The notes under the pieces: generated by a model
Told to the model about the DNA's origin: nothing
The model's input: the letters and a program-made list of their open reading frames with translations, nothing else
Databases searched by the model: none
Part shown: piece after piece, positions 62,156 through 64,000 of the stretch
How positions within the stretch are numbered: the first letter of the stretch is position 1
Layout of the letters: every line of letters begins with the position of its first letter
Made by a program: the position numbers and the translations under genes
Assembly (NCBI GenBank): GCA_017499595.2
Contig: CM039001.1
Location: 1-64,000, forward strand
DNA: 64,000 nt
Origin: Psilocybe cubensis
Taxonomy: Eukaryota
Direction: 5' to 3'

Positions 62156-64000
62156 ACAGACGGAGCGCATACTTTAATGCAAATGCAGTCTGTGATGTCA
62201 TGCTATTGACTGCCATTTCAGAAGACTTTACGAGACGTGCTTACTCCAAGAGTCACAATCTCGATGCAGGTCAACACCAAACAAAAGTAGAACCATCGAA
62301 ATCTGCACTGTTCAAATCTCAACATTTGTGCACACGGAGGGTTTGCCGCAGTTGCGTAACGGTTGCAAATTGCGAATCGGGACTAGCAAATTTTGGCCCG
62401 ATGACAGTTATAGTGCGCTGTAAATTTGAAATTGAAGGAGTAATGCATACTTCTTGAACAATTAAACAGTTACATGATTAAATTGAACGAAAGCCATGCG
62501 AAAAAGATATTTCCAGTACACTCGTGTTAATGGGTGCTTCAGTTACCACCCCACAACACGCAACAAGCCCACGTCTGCACTCCGTAAGTTAAAGCATACA
62601 TAGATCAAATACCCCGCCATGCGTGTCAGAGCGGAGTTTGAATGTCCTTGACAACAGCAAGGACAAACAACTGGACACTTGTCATCTTCCACCACCGTGA
62701 ACTCTCTGTTCCCCCAGCCACTTAAACAACAGCATGAGAATTGTAGTACGTGACTGGGCAGATGTGATGCAGGATAGCAAGGTCAAGGCACAGAGGAGGG
62801 AAGAGGAGCGTCGAGGTGAGTGGTTTTTATTCAATGTTTGTTTTTTTGCCTGGAACGGACACACGGAAATCCCTGCAAGCCTCCGCCTCCATCTCTATTA
62901 CCTCTATCCCCCTCTCTTTCACACACTACTGGAATACACTCTACATCGACGCCAGTGCAGCTAAACTGGGTCCATTTGACAGTTCGTGCGCTGCCTGCGT
63001 CGTGTCGGATGATCGAGTCTGTGCTCTCTGGTGCAGTGGAAATGTTGGTTTCGCTATCTCGCTTTCCCTATGTTGTTCCCTGTACAAGTCTATACAGATA
63101 TTCATGCGTTATATGCTACCCTGTATGTACGACGTCGAGCTTGACATAGACGCCAGCACCTCTCATCCGGTTTCACCTGTTTGCTGTCATCTGTGGGTGT
63201 CTTAGTACTGGTCAGTCAGATTGTATCAGAACCATTGTACCTGCACAATCCGGTCCTCCTGAACACAGGCTCAAACAACGGACACTGCCCTTGGTGTCTC
63301 TACTACAATACTGTTGGCGTTTCCCCTGCAAGGTCTCGGTTGAGCACACCCTACACCGTTGTATGCCTCCCACATTTGCACTCTAATGAATGTACTCTCC
63401 GACCATTGTTTTCCTGATTGTGTCTTATGTGCTCTCCATTGCCTCTACCAGCACCACCTTTCCATCCCCGTCAGCGTCCCCATCCTCGTCTTTGTCTGCT
63501 TTGCCCTTCACACAATCTATACTGATCGTACATGCGTCGCATCGTCTTGAACAAGAAGAAGAACACAATACGGCTCGCAAAATCAATGAAAAGGCACATC
63601 TAGGGGTAAGATCACCAACAGTAACGCGCGGGGAGACGAGGGTACTGTTTGAAAGACTCGTTGACCTCGAAATGTGCGCATATATGCGCTTCAACATCAA
63701 GGGAAGTACATATACAATGATGCTTACGGGTTCAATAGATGTCGTTTGGGTTTAGATGGAGGTGAGGCTGATCGATCCTGTTTAGAAGCTGGGTATGCAT
63801 CCAGGAGTGTTGCACAATGTCTTTGCAAGTGAGTGGTTCGACTCGCATGCACATCATGATGGGCCTTGAGACACCTTGCTCGCAATTTCATTCGCAGTTG
63901 TCACTTTCTGCGGTTCGATGTGTTTTTTGTAAGGGCTGAGCAACCAAAGGCCGCGAAGGAAGAGGATCGCACTTTTTGCAGTTCATTATCCTGCGTGCTT
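62156..64000 (+). repeat. Segmental duplication, internal copy of 28543-30387 (runs off the window)
   Basis: Sequence matches at offset 33613. Confidence 0.95.

Overview
Left end of a fungal chromosome, probably a basidiomycete. It opens with a (CCCTAAA)n telomere. Next is a ~28 kb head-to-tail array of endonuclease-less, Coprina-type Penelope-like retroelements (PLEs): four intact ~1176-aa RT ORFs, one frameshifted copy and one 5'-truncated copy. All are on the + strand, and telomeric repeats sit at several junctions. Each pseudo-LTR (pLTR) carries a type I hammerhead ribozyme (10 copies). The main discovery is that two hammerheads are split inside the cleavage triplet by a 929-nt group I (IC1-like) intron, i.e. 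a ribozyme nested in a ribozyme, in a nuclear retrotransposon outside rDNA. The intron also carries a 12-nt antisense to hammerhead stem III that could free its own 5' splice site. The ORF contains a GC-AG intron and a candidate -1 slippery site, which could give ORF1 versus ORF1-RT products. The remaining ~35 kb is gene-poor subtelomere. It holds an ETF-QO pseudogene, GC-rich elements with phased palindrome arrays and Helitron-like ends, dispersed degenerate repeats, and a direct duplication 33.6 kb apart whose distal copy is capped by telomeric repeats.
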